Of a stretch of DNA of 64,000 nucleotides, positions 51,901-64,000 are shown in pieces; positions within the stretch are counted from its first letter, which is position 1; each line of letters opens with the position of its first letter. The DNA comes from Octopus bimaculoides. Taxonomy: Eukaryota. The stretch is from assembly GCF_001194135.2 (NCBI RefSeq), contig NC_068984.1, positions 39,684,991 to 39,748,990 of the forward strand, written 5' to 3'. The notes under the pieces are model-generated. The model saw only the letters and a list, made by a program, of their open reading frames with translations. It made no database searches and was not told where the DNA came from. The position numbers were made by a program, and so were the translations under genes.

Positions 51901-53577
51901 TGTAAAGGTCATAGCCTCCTCCTCCTGCTTAGTACCTGTTAACCAATTCCATATATGAAAACGTAGAGAAGTATTTTAAAATTTGTTAAATGGATAGTTG
52001 AAGAACCGGGTACTTTAAATATTTACCTCAGAATGTTTTCTGCTTTTGAGAACTATCTAATGAGATGACTGTTTTCATGGCTGAATCAAGACAAATTCTT
52101 AAATTTAAACAATATTAAAGTGTGAGAGCTGGGTAGTTATTGTGTCTCAAATCAACAATAACAGAGTGCATTAAAATATTGCTCTAAGCTTTCATTTCAT
52201 ATAAACTGCTGTTGATATTCTCAACAGATTGGTAATGGTTATTTAGACCAGGTACTCCTAACTGTTATCAATGAAAATGATAGCCTAGAGTTTGAGGAGT
52301 GTTGAAAAACTATCTGTTTGTAATGATAAAAGATTTTTTTTAACACTTTTGAAAGAAGGCTGCATTGAATTTTTAAAATGTGCAGACTCACCACTACTAT
52401 CTTTGCCAGTCATCACTGTACTTTGCTTCAGAAATCATATATTTTTGCTGACCAGTTATATTCTTTAAAGGCTATAAAATTTGTAGTGACAGGTTTGAAT
52501 GTGTGTACAGATTCATAGGTATGTGAATATGGTGGATGGGGAAAGATTAATTATTGCTTAATGCATTTATGATGCCTGCAATAATTCATATTGCTCATTA
52601 GAATTTTGTTCTTTATCTTTTTAGTTTTAATTGCTTGTTAAAATGGAGGTGGGGGGGGCGTTTTTTGTTAGGATTTTTTTGTTGCTTTTTTTTTTTTTTT
52701 TTTTTTTTTCTAAAAGAAAACAGCACATATTTATTGGTTTTGGGAGAATTGGACAACATTCTCCTCCACTTGAAACTCTTCACACATCTCCTTCACATCA
52801 GCTCATCATTTGAAATTAATAATCTCTCTCCATCTCTCCCTTTCTGTCCTCCCTCTTTTTTTCTCTTCTTTTCAGTGTCTATTGACACATTATTTCTATT
52901 GCATGCATCAATGAAAATGATATCTAAAAGCTAAGCTTCTGCCAGTGTTTTCAATATTATAAAGTTTATAAATTCATAAATTCAATGTGATGTTCTTTTT
53001 CTGAGATAATTCCAAGGTTAAGTAGAAAACAAAGTAATAAATCTTGACAGCTCTCTTTTTAATACAAAATTAGTGATATTATTTATAAAAAAACTTATAC
53101 CTTTACATCAGTTGTCCAGCACCTTAACCACTAACCAAACTTATATGCAGATTGTCTACAAGGAATCCAGTTTAAAACTTTTAAAACTACAGTCACTAGA
53201 GCATTTTAAAACAGTAAAGTGATGATGGTAACTGTTAGGATAAAATTAGTGGTTGCAGTGGGCTCATATGAGAGTTGATGCAATTTTTAAACTGTGTATG
53301 GATTTTAAGTTACAATTAACTATTCTGGATATGAAAAGGTTAAGTTTATTTAGCTCTTTTGAAAGTTTATGCCAGCTTTAATATTCTTTACATATTGATA
53401 TAATTTACTGAATTTAAAATGTAATAGAATATGGCATACACATTTTAGATTTTTTTTTTTTTTCTATATTTAGCATTTTATTAAAGTATAGTTTCAAATA
53501 ATACTGAAATTTGTTTACATTTATCTAAATTGTAGAAAATATTTTCAAAGCACATTCATTTCTTTATTCTAAATATA

Positions 53578-54114
53578 CAAGGTCTGATCAAAAAGTATTG
53601 GGGCTGGTGTTATAAAAGAAGTTTACAACACATATCAATTCAGCTTTTAATCTTCTTTGAAGTAGTCCTCTTTTGAAGCTACACACTTTATCCAGTATCA
53701 TTTCCATTGACGGTCCTTTTTGGAGACTGTGAGCAGCTGCCTTGTCGCATTCTTTCAGATTTCTTTGACATCTTGAAATTTTGTTCCTATCAAGTTGGAT
53801 TCCTTTTAAGCCTTGGATTTGGGGTGATAGCCATAAATCCATGATTTGTCACCTGTTATGACTGTTTCCATAAAGTTTTAGTTTTCCTGTACACAATCAA
53901 GGAGATCTTGTGCAGCTGAAACCTGATCTTCGTTTTGAGACAACCACACTTTACTTTACTTCCAAGCACTGCTATAAACAACGGGAGTGAGTATGTTATA
54001 ACTTAGTGTGTATGCACAACAGAGCTCAAGGTCACTCTGTACCAAGTGGCTTCACTCTGCATACTTTAGTACCATTACATAGCAACAGTCCCAATACTTT
54101 TTAATCAGATCTTA
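53578..54114 (-). mobile_element. Short mariner derivative with both TIRs (~540 bp)
   Basis: TA + caaggtctgatcaaaaagtattggggctg and cagtcccaatactttttaatcagatctt; frameshifted transposase C-terminus on the minus strand. Confidence 0.8.
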
Positions 54115-54559
54115 CTGAAATAAACATAGAATAATATAATCCACTAGATGTCTAAAAGTATAATAGCCACCAAAGTTTAGATTAATTTCATTAATATTTT
54201 ACTGAATATTTTGTATAGTTTAAAGAAAAATTCTGATTGAGAAATATTGCAAAATGAGGGCTGGGAATATACTTCATTAAAAATATTGACAGAAATATAT
54301 ATAACAAACGGAGTGATCCTGAAGAGAGTTGTGAATTGATTTAAGTCTGATTAGTATATATTTTGATAACAGCTACTTATCTTCAAAAACAGTTTGTCCC
54401 TTACTTCTGGTACATCAGCTATGGATACTGATATATATTTCTTTTATCTCTTTGTCTATCCTGTGTGTCATATGTGATACACTGGACATATTTCCCTGAC
54501 ATCCATGCATCATATATGATACATTTGACAGGCACAGGGTTATATTGATTAAAAGATTA

Positions 54560-56260
54560 TATCTGGAACTTCTTTCGCTATAATAGTTTAATCTATTTAA
54601 AAATTCTTGGTTACTGAATTTATGAAAATAGATAGGGTATCTAGGTCTGACAAATTTGACATTCTAACAAATTCTCGATATGGTAAAAAGTTTAATTTAT
54701 GGATAAGAGGATTCATGTATTTCTTAGTAACTATCAATCCTGATTTTAATCCTAAAAAACTAGAGCTTTTATTCCTATATATTGCACTTAATAGAGTAGA
54801 TGTTATAAAAGATTACAACTTTTGATAATGCTTTCTAGCTGTTTATAACAGCTAGAAAGAAATGTATGTGAAACCACCCATAAACATATGCCAAATATCT
54901 TCTGCCTCCACAATTTCCAAAGCTCAGCAGAAACAAAGATGAATTTCTCCAGAATTTAATTGTATTAGTTCATGATTGAATTTTAAAAGCTATAATGATT
55001 GGCAAAAGGAAACCATCACATATATAAGTGGTTCTTTTGTAGAAGAAATACATTCAAACATTATCAGGACCAGACCACTAGAGAATAAAACCTTACCAGC
55101 AGATTGTTATTCAACAAGCTAGTAGAATCATGTTGTTTCTGTGAACCTTCTAATGTTAACAAGGAAAATTTAAATGGTAAATTTGAATATTTTCTCACAG
55201 CAAATTTAGAGACCATACATTTTCTGTGGCAACACAAAAAATTCACCCTCCAATAAGAAAAGGCTTGTCAATTCTCTCAAACTATCAATTGTTTCATGGA
55301 GCTATATGTTTACCTAGTTCTACATACAGATGATCTAGTCAATGATGTAGCCAAAAATAAATATTATTACAAAATCGATCTAAGTAGCACTTATATTGGT
55401 ATAATGACTGTAGAAAGACCATTCGCAGCTTTTCCCATTAGGAATGTTATGCATGGTCTAATGGATAGTGGGGTGTCTATATCAATGTACTCAAATTCCT
55501 ACGCATATTAAAAATAATATATTAATGTTTCAGGGAATCATCAATGACTTTATCAACAAAAATAATCTTACAAGTATCTATTTGGATGATTTATTTTTTT
55601 AGTTTGTAGTGAAAGAAAATCAGATTCCTTTCAACCTGCTGAACATGTCAACTGACTTCAAACAAAAGTAAATGTAAATATAATCTAATATCTACTAACT
55701 TTTTAGGTTATCTCATTTCACTTAGAGAATTACATCCTGATTTAAAATGCCTTTAACCTCTTGAAGAGCAATCTGCACCTCAAAAAATATCACACACTTT
55801 GTCAAGTTTGATCTTTCCTACTCTTTGAAAATTAGGCTGTTAATCAGTGCATTTTTTCCTTCTATCTGAGGATGCTGTAAAATGTAACAATTCTGTTAAA
55901 GTTTATATTAAATGGCCTACTGGAGCCTGCTCCAAAGATGATTTGCATTTTACTATTGAAACAGATCCTAATATAAAAATTAATGCTCACTATCTCAGAG
56001 TAATAGATGCTCCCAAGTTCCTTAAAGAATCCTGAAAAAGACTTTTACCATATTGCCAGAAAAAGAAGCTTATGCAGCTACATAAGCTGTGAGGAAAAGG
56101 AAATATTTCAATTTGGTGACTGATCAAAGATCCATTTGTCTTTGTGTTTGACAGTAAAAACCTTGGGAAAATACGATAATAAAATCCATTGCTGACAAAT
56201 CAAAATTTCTCCTCTCCCAAATGCTATAAATTATTTCAACAGTTATAAATTTAGAATGAC
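54560..56260 (+). mobile_element. Ty3/Gypsy LTR retrotransposon pol relic (RT plus RNase H)
   Basis: DDLVNDVAKNKYYYKIDLSS, FQGIINDFI, YLDD at 55579-55590, FLGYLIS, FTIETD, EKEAYA and LVTDQRS; no LTRs recognised; 5' boundary uncertain. Confidence 0.8.
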
Positions 56261-57067
56261 TTTGTATTCCCCATTGCATCTTGGTTTAGGAAGAATGCTT
56301 CATTTTATAGAAGGTACATAGAAGATACAAAACCTACCCATTTTCTGTTAAAGAAGTTTAGCAAATGACTTCGACTGTCTAATAACTCAAATGTATACTT
56401 ACATTTTGTAGAATGTATACTTACATTTTGTAGAATCTTGGCTCCACCACATCCCAGATAGACTTCCGACATTTGTATTACAAATACCAATTAACTTCTG
56501 GCACACAACTTTTCATTTACACTACTACTACTACTACTACTACTATTCTTATAAAAGTTTTTTTTATTTTGTTTTTATTTTAAACAATGAAAAAGACATT
56601 AATACTAACTTCATTTATTAAGGGTCATATCATCGATCTCTAACTTTTGATTACCTTTAAAAAGTGGATCCAAATAAATTTTCAGGGCTAGATGGTATCC
56701 TTCTGTTTTTCTAAAATCACAAAATAGCATTCCTATCAGAAATTAAAAGCTATAACCTCTTAAGATGAATGTGTAACACTAGCATAGTTATGGAATCAAT
56801 AAATAAAGACAACTTTGTATTTTTTTTATTTTTAAAAACAACATTACATCCATTGACATCTAATCAACTTTTAATGTTTTTAAACGAATGGACAGTAACT
56901 AACATTGGCTATTATATATTTGAACATTCTGAAGCATGTCCAAATATATGTTTTATGTGAAGAATATGAAACTTACTATATATGTTTGACAAATTATTGA
57001 ACTAGTTACAGTGTTATTTGAATAATAGATGTCAATTTCTCTAAACCTTGTTTCTTCAGATACTTGA

Positions 57068-57293
57068 TTACCCCTTTTGATACCAGTCTACCCGACACTG
57101 TTCCTGGTTTTATAATACAAACTTCCTTTTTGAAGTAATCTAAATTAAAACCTTGCATCAAATTTTCATTTTAATTTATGTTCCTAACACCTGTTTAATA
57201 ATAAAGTTATTTTACTAAATTATTATTTTCAAAATTAATTTAAACAAAGGCAGGCAGTATATTTCAATATAAATATGGTAACAAAAGGGTGAA
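57068..57293. mobile_element. TTAA-type MITE (second family), complete
   Basis: Ends ttaccccttttg / caaaagggtgaa; related copies at 57655-57730 (inverted, truncated) and 60962-61150. Confidence 0.75.
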
Positions 57294-57352
57294 TTGCTTG
57301 TAGATTACTGCAACAGTTACTAAGTCCTTTAATATTTTTCATATATATATAT

Positions 57353-57654
57353 ATCTAAGTAGCACTTATATTGGTATAATGACTGTAGAAAGACCATTCG
57401 CAGCTTTTCCCATTAGGAATGTTATGCATGGTCTAATGGATAGTGGGGTGTCTATATCAATGTACTCAAATTCCTACGCATATTAAAAATAATATATTAA
57501 TGTTTCAGGGAATCATCAATGACTTTATCAACAAAAATAATCTTACAAGTATCTATTTGGATGATTTATTTTTTTAGTTTGTAGTGAAAGAAAATCAGAT
57601 TCCTTTCAACCTGCTGAACATGTCAACTGACTTCAAACAAAAGTAAATGTAAAT
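57353..57654 (+). repeat. Exact 302-bp direct duplicate of 55378-55679
   Basis: No mismatch found by eye; offset 1975 bp. Confidence 0.93.
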
Positions 57655-59409
57655 TAGATCACTTTAAAACAAAAAGTTTGTATTGTGGAACTAGGGGCAG
57701 TCTCAGGTAGATTGGCATCAAAAGGGTTCAGTTGAATATGTGTGTGTGTGTGTAGATATGTTTACATAATTACATACAGTGTTTCATAATGATGGGACAC
57801 ATTTTGAATGCAAGTAACTAAGACTGCAACTGGCATATATGCATATGGCTGTTGTTGTAGACAAGGCTCTGTAGTTTAGAATTTCACTTCTCAACTACAG
57901 GCTCAGTTCCACTGTGTGGCACCATTGAGCCTAGGGCCAACCAAAGCCTCATGAGTGGATTTTGTCAACAGAAACTAAAAGAAGCTCATTGTGTATATTT
58001 GTGTGAGTATGTGTGTGAGAGTTTGTATTTCCCACGTGTTCACTGGTTTGTAAACAATGGCTTCTTAACAGTGTTGTTTACTTGCAATTCAACAAGGAAA
58101 TCTGTCTGGACTTCTTCACATATTCTGTGATCTTAGTAGACAAAGGGCTCATTCATACTGTGACATTTGTTTCCAGTTCTTGGCTGTTTGTTGATTGATA
58201 GGACAGGAGGTTATTATCCCACAAGTGCAGTTGGCAACAGAAAGGTGTTTGGCCATAGAAAACTCTACCTCAACATACTTTTGTTTGACTCATACAAGAA
58301 TGTACATACATTAACATCATGTATGTTAATGTATGTACATATACATTAATATACATATATATATATATATATCTTCTAACTATGGCATTATTCACTAAGA
58401 TTCAGCAATTGGTGCCATTTATTCCTTAATCTTCTCACTGTCTTCCTATTACTGCCACCACCTATTCCCTATTTCCTTCATTTTATCCCCAAATTGATAT
58501 TCACCATGTTTCCACCCAAGTGTCCCATTCACACTTTTGAGAACTTACCTATCTTGGTACCCTATTCTCTTTTTTATATTCACCTTGTACTTTGAGGGTA
58601 CACTCTCACTTTCTCTCTTTTCAAATGAGGAAGCTATGCAAGATACCTGTTTCGGCCCCCCTATCATACACCTGGCATAAAGCCATGTTCCTCAGTACTA
58701 CTTTGTAAGGTAGTTGCCATTTAAAAGGGTATCTAGTTGTAGAAACCATGCCAGATCAGATATTGGTACTTGGTGTAGTCCTCTGGCTCATCAGTTATTT
58801 TCTAACCATTCAAACAGCGATAATGATGATGATGATATATATATATATATATATAGATAGATAGATAGATAGATAGATAGAGAGAAAACAATACAAGACA
58901 TGAGAGATTGTTTCAAAGATATTTAGTTACATCATCTTACATACATTCCATTAACATAATGTAATTATTAGTTATGTAATGCATATTATACAACCAAGAC
59001 TTATTGTCAAATTATCAGAGACATGTATCTTTTATATGTAACATTAGGGGACTACAAAGATGACAATTCTTCAGCATGGAGCTAGCAACTATACTAGATT
59101 GACTTTGGGAAATACTTTATATTTGGAATCAGATGGGGGTGGGAATTATTAACATACAACAGGGGAAAGCAGACAGGAAATAAAATGTTGGCAGAAAGGC
59201 TGTTAGTATAGACATATCTAGTCATTTTCTGATTACCAGTCTTATCAGTTGTTTTTCTTTGAAGCTCCTCAAGTTTAGACAATCATAAAACTTAGCGACA
59301 GCTATATATATATTGTTTGTCAACTGTATATCATACATACATTTATCTCTGCAAAAACAAATGTATACTTATAATGCACACACACAGATGTAGAGATAAC
59401 ACACACACT

Positions 59410-59443
<34 letters not shown>

Positions 59444-59509
59444 ATGTGTGTGTATATATCACACAATCAACTAGACTATCAGATGTTACTTATACATCAC
59501 TGGTCACAA

Positions 59510-59735
59510 TGAACTCTGCATCATTTTAGCTTTCGGATGATACCATCTCACTGGCTGGGCAAGCAGGCCAACATTCCCACTGTTCAGAGGGCTACTCCCT
59601 CTTGGGGTTAATTCATTTTCAGCTGAGTGAACTGGACCAACATGAAATGAAGTGTTTTCCTCAAGAACACAAATATGCCCTCCAGTCTGAAAATCAAACA
59701 CATGATCTAACAATTGTGAGTGCAACACCCTGACT
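59510..59735 (-). mobile_element. tRNA-derived SINE
   Basis: cagctgagtgaactgg...gtgttttcctcaagaacacaa (reverse of the 11832 family). Confidence 0.7.
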
Positions 59736-59829
59736 GACACACTGTGTGTGTGTGCACGCATGTGTGTAAATATATATGTATACCCATACACAAATGTACA
59801 CACACAATCCTGTATATTCACAAACTTCT

Positions 59830-59995
59830 GCAGGTATAACTCTGTAGTTAAAATATTTGCTTCCCAACAACATGGTTTCTGATTCAGTCCTATCACAAAG
59901 CGCCTCGGGCTAGTGTCTTCCATTGTAGCCCAGGGGCTGACCAAAGCTTTGGGAGTGAATTTGGTTGCTGAAAATTGAAAGAAGCTCATTATATG
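59830..59995 (+). mobile_element. CORE-like SINE
   Basis: ttgcttcccaacaacatgg...gtgtcttccattgtagcc...gaaaattgaaagaagc. Confidence 0.7.
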
Positions 59996-60961
59996 GGTGT
60001 ATCCTTTTCCTGATATTGCATCGTTGTTGTTAATGAGTGTCACTGTCACACAAATAATGTCATTCATTTACAGTATTCTACGGAAACAGTGTGTGTGTTT
60101 GTGTGTAAACTGTAATCTTACTACTTAAATTTATCTTTATTTAATTACACCAGCACTAAATGAAAATTAGTCTAGCTATTATAACTTTCTGATTTATGTT
60201 TTATTTAAATAGTACACAGAAGACTGAAAGAATACTTCTCCCCTAGTAATTGGTCTTCAAACATGTCAGGACAGTGCAGTCCCTTTTATTTTTCTGTGTA
60301 CAATTGGTTTTAAATAAATCTGTAGCTTAATGACCTGGAATTTCAACTTAAGTTTCTAATAGACAGTGTGTTATGCATAAATATTGTTAGTTATGCACAC
60401 ACATACATGTGTGTTTGTGTGTGTGTGTATTGTTGTTGTTGTCACATGACTGGAAACAACAGTAAGGTCCTCATAGGATGTAAAAAAAATTTTTGATACC
60501 TGCCTATGAGAAATTATAGAAGTGTCAGCTATTTTAACCAACCAGTATAGTGTTGTGTGAGTGGGTGTCAGATCTTAAGTATAGCAATGTAGATTTTAAT
60601 TTCAATTTATTTGTAATGTCAATTTAATTCTAGAATATATGATCTTGTCATCCTTGCATCAACATTGATTTTTAGACTGACCCTGTTTTTGTTGTCTCAA
60701 TTGTCTATTTCTGTCTATTCATAAAAGCCTCTGTTTTTAAAGTAAATATTTTAATCTGTCATCTCTATCTTCTAATCCTTATGCGTTATATGCCAATATA
60801 TCACTAGTATATTTCTGTTTTCATAACAGTTATTTAAATTATTGCTTATGATCTCTGTTGTTAGTTTAGATATCCTTAAGTACTGATCATAAGGATTTCT
60901 TTCAAGTTCTGCATCAGCTTGTATTATATTTTCACAACATATTTTCTCATGTTTGTATAGC

Positions 60962-61150
60962 TTAACCCTTTTGATACCAACCTACCCAAGATTGCCTTCA
61001 GTTTCATGATAGTCATCTAAATAGACTTCTCATTTAAATTTCACATTTGATGATAACATTATTTTATTATATTCTTCATTATTTTTTTAAATTCAATTGA
61101 AAGAAAAGCTGTTTATTTCAAGAGAAATTGGGGGGGAAAAATCTGGTTAA
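60962..61150. mobile_element. TTAA-type MITE, degenerate
   Basis: ttaacccttttgataccaacctacc...ctggttaa. Confidence 0.65.
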
Positions 61151-61461
61151 ATATGACTGAAATAGATTAAACTGATTGAAAAGATTTTTTTTGAATTTTT
61201 TTTTTTTAAGAAATGCTTACCTTTTGCTTATTGATAGAAAGCCAGTTGTGTATTTATTTTCTGTATGGTTACACTGCAGTAACTGCTTCTAAACAATTCT
61301 TCTTTTGAAAATTTTAGTAAAACCACCTGTTGGTCTCTGCTTACAATCTTAAAAATTATCATCTCATTTATTTTCTTGTGATGAAATAAAACACTTGATC
61401 TTTACTTCTTGTTATCTATATTTTACTGATTTTTTTTTTTTATATTTCTTCAAATTGACAG

Positions 61462-61596
61462 AAGTTACCATGGCAGAATCCATAGAGCGGCGTCCTCCAA
61501 AACCTTTACAAAAGCAGACAGAGTTCGAAGAGACCGAGGATGACAATAGCACCCATAGCCCAAGCTCTGATCAATCTGACAACACCATAACTGCTG
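61462..61596 (+). CDS. Coding exon of an unidentified protein, (E)VTMAESIERRPPKPLQKQTEFEETEDDNSTHSPSSDQSDNTITA(G)
   Basis: Long T-rich tract then ttgacag acceptor, strong Kozak accATGG at 61470, GC- and CpG-richer coding-like composition, donor CTG|gtaagt; acidic Ser-rich, disordered-looking N-terminus. Confidence 0.82.
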
Positions 61597-62729
61597 GTAA
61601 GTTGAACAGTTTTCTGATACAATTACATTGCTGAGTTAGATAAATGCAGTAGAGAGAATCTTAAATGTGTTAATGTTAAAGAATGAATCTAGCTTGTTGT
61701 ATATTACAATACAAATAGTCCATAAACACTACTCAAAACACTCTTTAAAATAATTAACAAATAGGGCTGAGAGAAAATACTTTAGGTGAGTGTTCTGCAT
61801 GCTAAATACATATAAAGTAGATTCACTTGTAGTTGAAAAGCTTTGATTAATTCCCTCCTAGGATTTTATAAAATCTCAATACAACAAGTGAGCACGATAA
61901 CTCCTGTAATATCAGCTAATCAAAATTCTGGGGTGAAATAGATGATGCAGAGGTTTTTGTTCACTAATTGCATGAATAATCTATGTTGACTGAAGTTTTA
62001 TCAATTCACTATACTTGACAAAGAAATCATAGTGATTTATGGTAAGGTTGTATGTAGATAAATGATTTATAAAAACAAACTTCGAATCAAAATGTTGGAC
62101 ACTAATATATGTAATATAGTATTCTTAATGAGAAATTTGTTGTGTTTAGGAATTTATTTTTAACTAAGAACTTGATGTTATAACAGAATCGAGTATATAT
62201 ATATGAATGGTAATTTCTAAATATGAATTATTTAATACAAGTAAGAATATCCGTAATAAATGTATACTGTACAGCAGGAGTTTTATAATTCAGCAATGAA
62301 CTAAGGAGAAAATGTGGTTAGGCATCAAACAGAAGTGTGTGTGTGTTACTGAACAGTGTATATGGTTTTACATGTATGTGTGTGACCTGTATGTTGACCT
62401 GTGAAACCATCCAGCTCATGCCAACATGGAAACAAATGTTAAATGTTCTTGATAGCTTGGTACATATGAATGTTGTTCTATATATGTTCTCATTAACACT
62501 ACCTGAACAAAAGCAGCGTCTTTGTTTACATTCTCCAAAAAGCAAAACATCCATAATTTCAGTGTTTTCATCTCTTTCAATGTGTAAGGGCCAGTTAAAT
62601 GAAAATACCTTGCTTGTAAAACAGGTATGGGTTGCACGCAGGATGTGCATCCAGCTGTAGAAAGTCTGTCTCAACAAATTTTGTCTATATATATATATAT
62701 ATATATACACACATCGATGTTTGAAGTAG

Positions 62730-63030
62730 ATGAGGCACCTCTACCATCTGAACAAGCAGCACATGCACAATTATCACTGGATGAAACAGATACAGTGAGA
62801 GGCAGTCAACCATCTCTAAAAGTAAACTTTCAATTAGAAGAGGAGCCCAGTCAAGGGGATGTATTATGGGTTAAAAGGACAGGTGTAGACACTGGAAATG
62901 GAGGGTTAATGAAACAATCTTTATCAGATGCATCTGCACCAAGGTTCAGACACAAAACACCAGAAAAGTTTCCAGCTAATGATAAAAATGACAAAAGCAG
63001 TGAAAAAGAGAGCACAAGCACAAACATGAT
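62730..63030 (+). CDS. Probable next coding exon (DEAPLPSEQAAHAQLSLDETDTVRGSQPSLKVNFQLEEEPSQG...SEKESTSTN); 3' boundary uncertain
   Basis: About 100 open codons with coding-like composition; acceptors gaag| (62727) and gtag| (62730) are both in frame with the phase-1 donor at 61596; weak pyrimidine tract. Confidence 0.5.
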
Positions 63031-63045
63031 CATCGTCATATATAC

Positions 63046-63084
<39 letters not shown>

Positions 63085-63091
<7 letters not shown>

Positions 63092-63470
63092 TATGGCACT
63101 CCGTCAGTTACGACGACAAGGGTTCCAGTTGGTTCGATCAACGGGACAGCCTGGTCGTGAAATTAACTTGCAAGTGGCTGAGCACTCCACAGACACATGT
63201 ACTCTTAACGTAGTTCTCGGGGAGATTCAGCGTGACACAGAGTGGGACAAGTGTACCTTTGAAATACAGGTACAGCAGAAACAGAAAGAAAGAGTAAGAG
63301 AAAGTTGTGGTGGAAGAATACAGCAGGGTTCGCCACCGCACACTGCCAGAGTCACTTGATGCTTTAGGTGTTCTCACTCAATAAACACTCACAATGTTTG
63401 ATCTAGGAATCGAAACCGCAATCCTATGACCGTGAGTTTGCTGCCCTAACCACTGGGCCATTGCACCTCC
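63085..63470 (-). mobile_element. Two adjoining SINE pieces
   Basis: SINE body at 63085-63270 and a different tRNA-derived head at 63270-63470 (ggaatcgaaacc, ccctaaccactgggccattgcacctcc). Confidence 0.75.
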
Positions 63471-63529
63471 TCACACACACACACACATATATATAAAGGA
63501 CACAATGCATACTGAATGTACAAGGAAAC

Positions 63530-63560
<31 letters not shown>

Positions 63561-64000
63561 CAAGATGTATTGTTAGAGAATGAGTAAACTGGAGAAAATA
63601 CTAACCTAATATTTGTTGTGGTGAATGTTTAATTGGAGTGTTATTGCTGTTAAGAATCAAAATTTTAAGCTAAAAACAAATGGTTGTATTTCATGAAAAT
63701 GTAAACTTTAAATGAAACTGAGAAAGTGTAAATTGAAACTGAAACCTATATTAATCATAGCTATATGCAAGTAATAAAACTTTATTCCCTTTCTTTTAAA
63801 AACATTCTAGAAATGAGTGCCTCTGATTTAATGTGTTCCTATCATACTAATTAAATAATACAAATCTTAAATGACCTTGTAGACCAAAGGTTAAAATTGA
63901 TCTATGAAAATAGTGTTTGTCGTTTGTATTTGTTTAGTATATTTGAGGTTGTTAGAGTGTATTAGCATAGACAGCACAACACTCAAGAAACTTAGTTGTA

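Noticed and set aside
54390-54430. tggtacatcagc as a primer-binding site of the Gypsy relic
   Set aside because: Poor match to a tRNA 3' end, and no paired LTR was found.

Overview
Eukaryotic, AT-rich, repeat-dense genomic DNA with nine N-gaps. It is not prokaryotic: I found no CRISPR array, rRNA, operon or intact tRNA gene. The repeat families (tRNA-derived/CORE-like SINEs, RTE LINEs with (GAT)n tails, TTAA-type MITEs, dense AT/AC/ATC microsatellites) resemble those I recall from Octopus, so a cephalopod origin is an inference. Nearly all ORFs in the supplied track are microsatellite, gap or transposon artefacts. The best-supported host feature is a + strand gene: a CpG-retaining promoter at ~27.4-28.2 kb, two candidate alternative first exons (ending 27669 and 28168, each with an in-frame ATG and a phase-1 donor), a ~33 kb intron, a clear exon at 61462-61596 (MAESIERRPPKP...) and a probable next exon from ~62730. 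A second + strand gene may end at ~21-26 kb, but only weak exon candidates are visible. The rest is decayed mobile DNA: RTE, CR1/L2, Penelope-like, Ty3/Gypsy, mariner/Tc1, hAT, MITEs and SINEs. The most notable observations are the paired alternative first exons, a core-less hammerhead-like fold at the end of the Penelope relic, an exact 302-bp duplication of a decayed Gypsy RT segment, and a stacked SINE insertion hotspot. I found no convincing novel biological system. Most transposon boundaries are approximate (read by eye).
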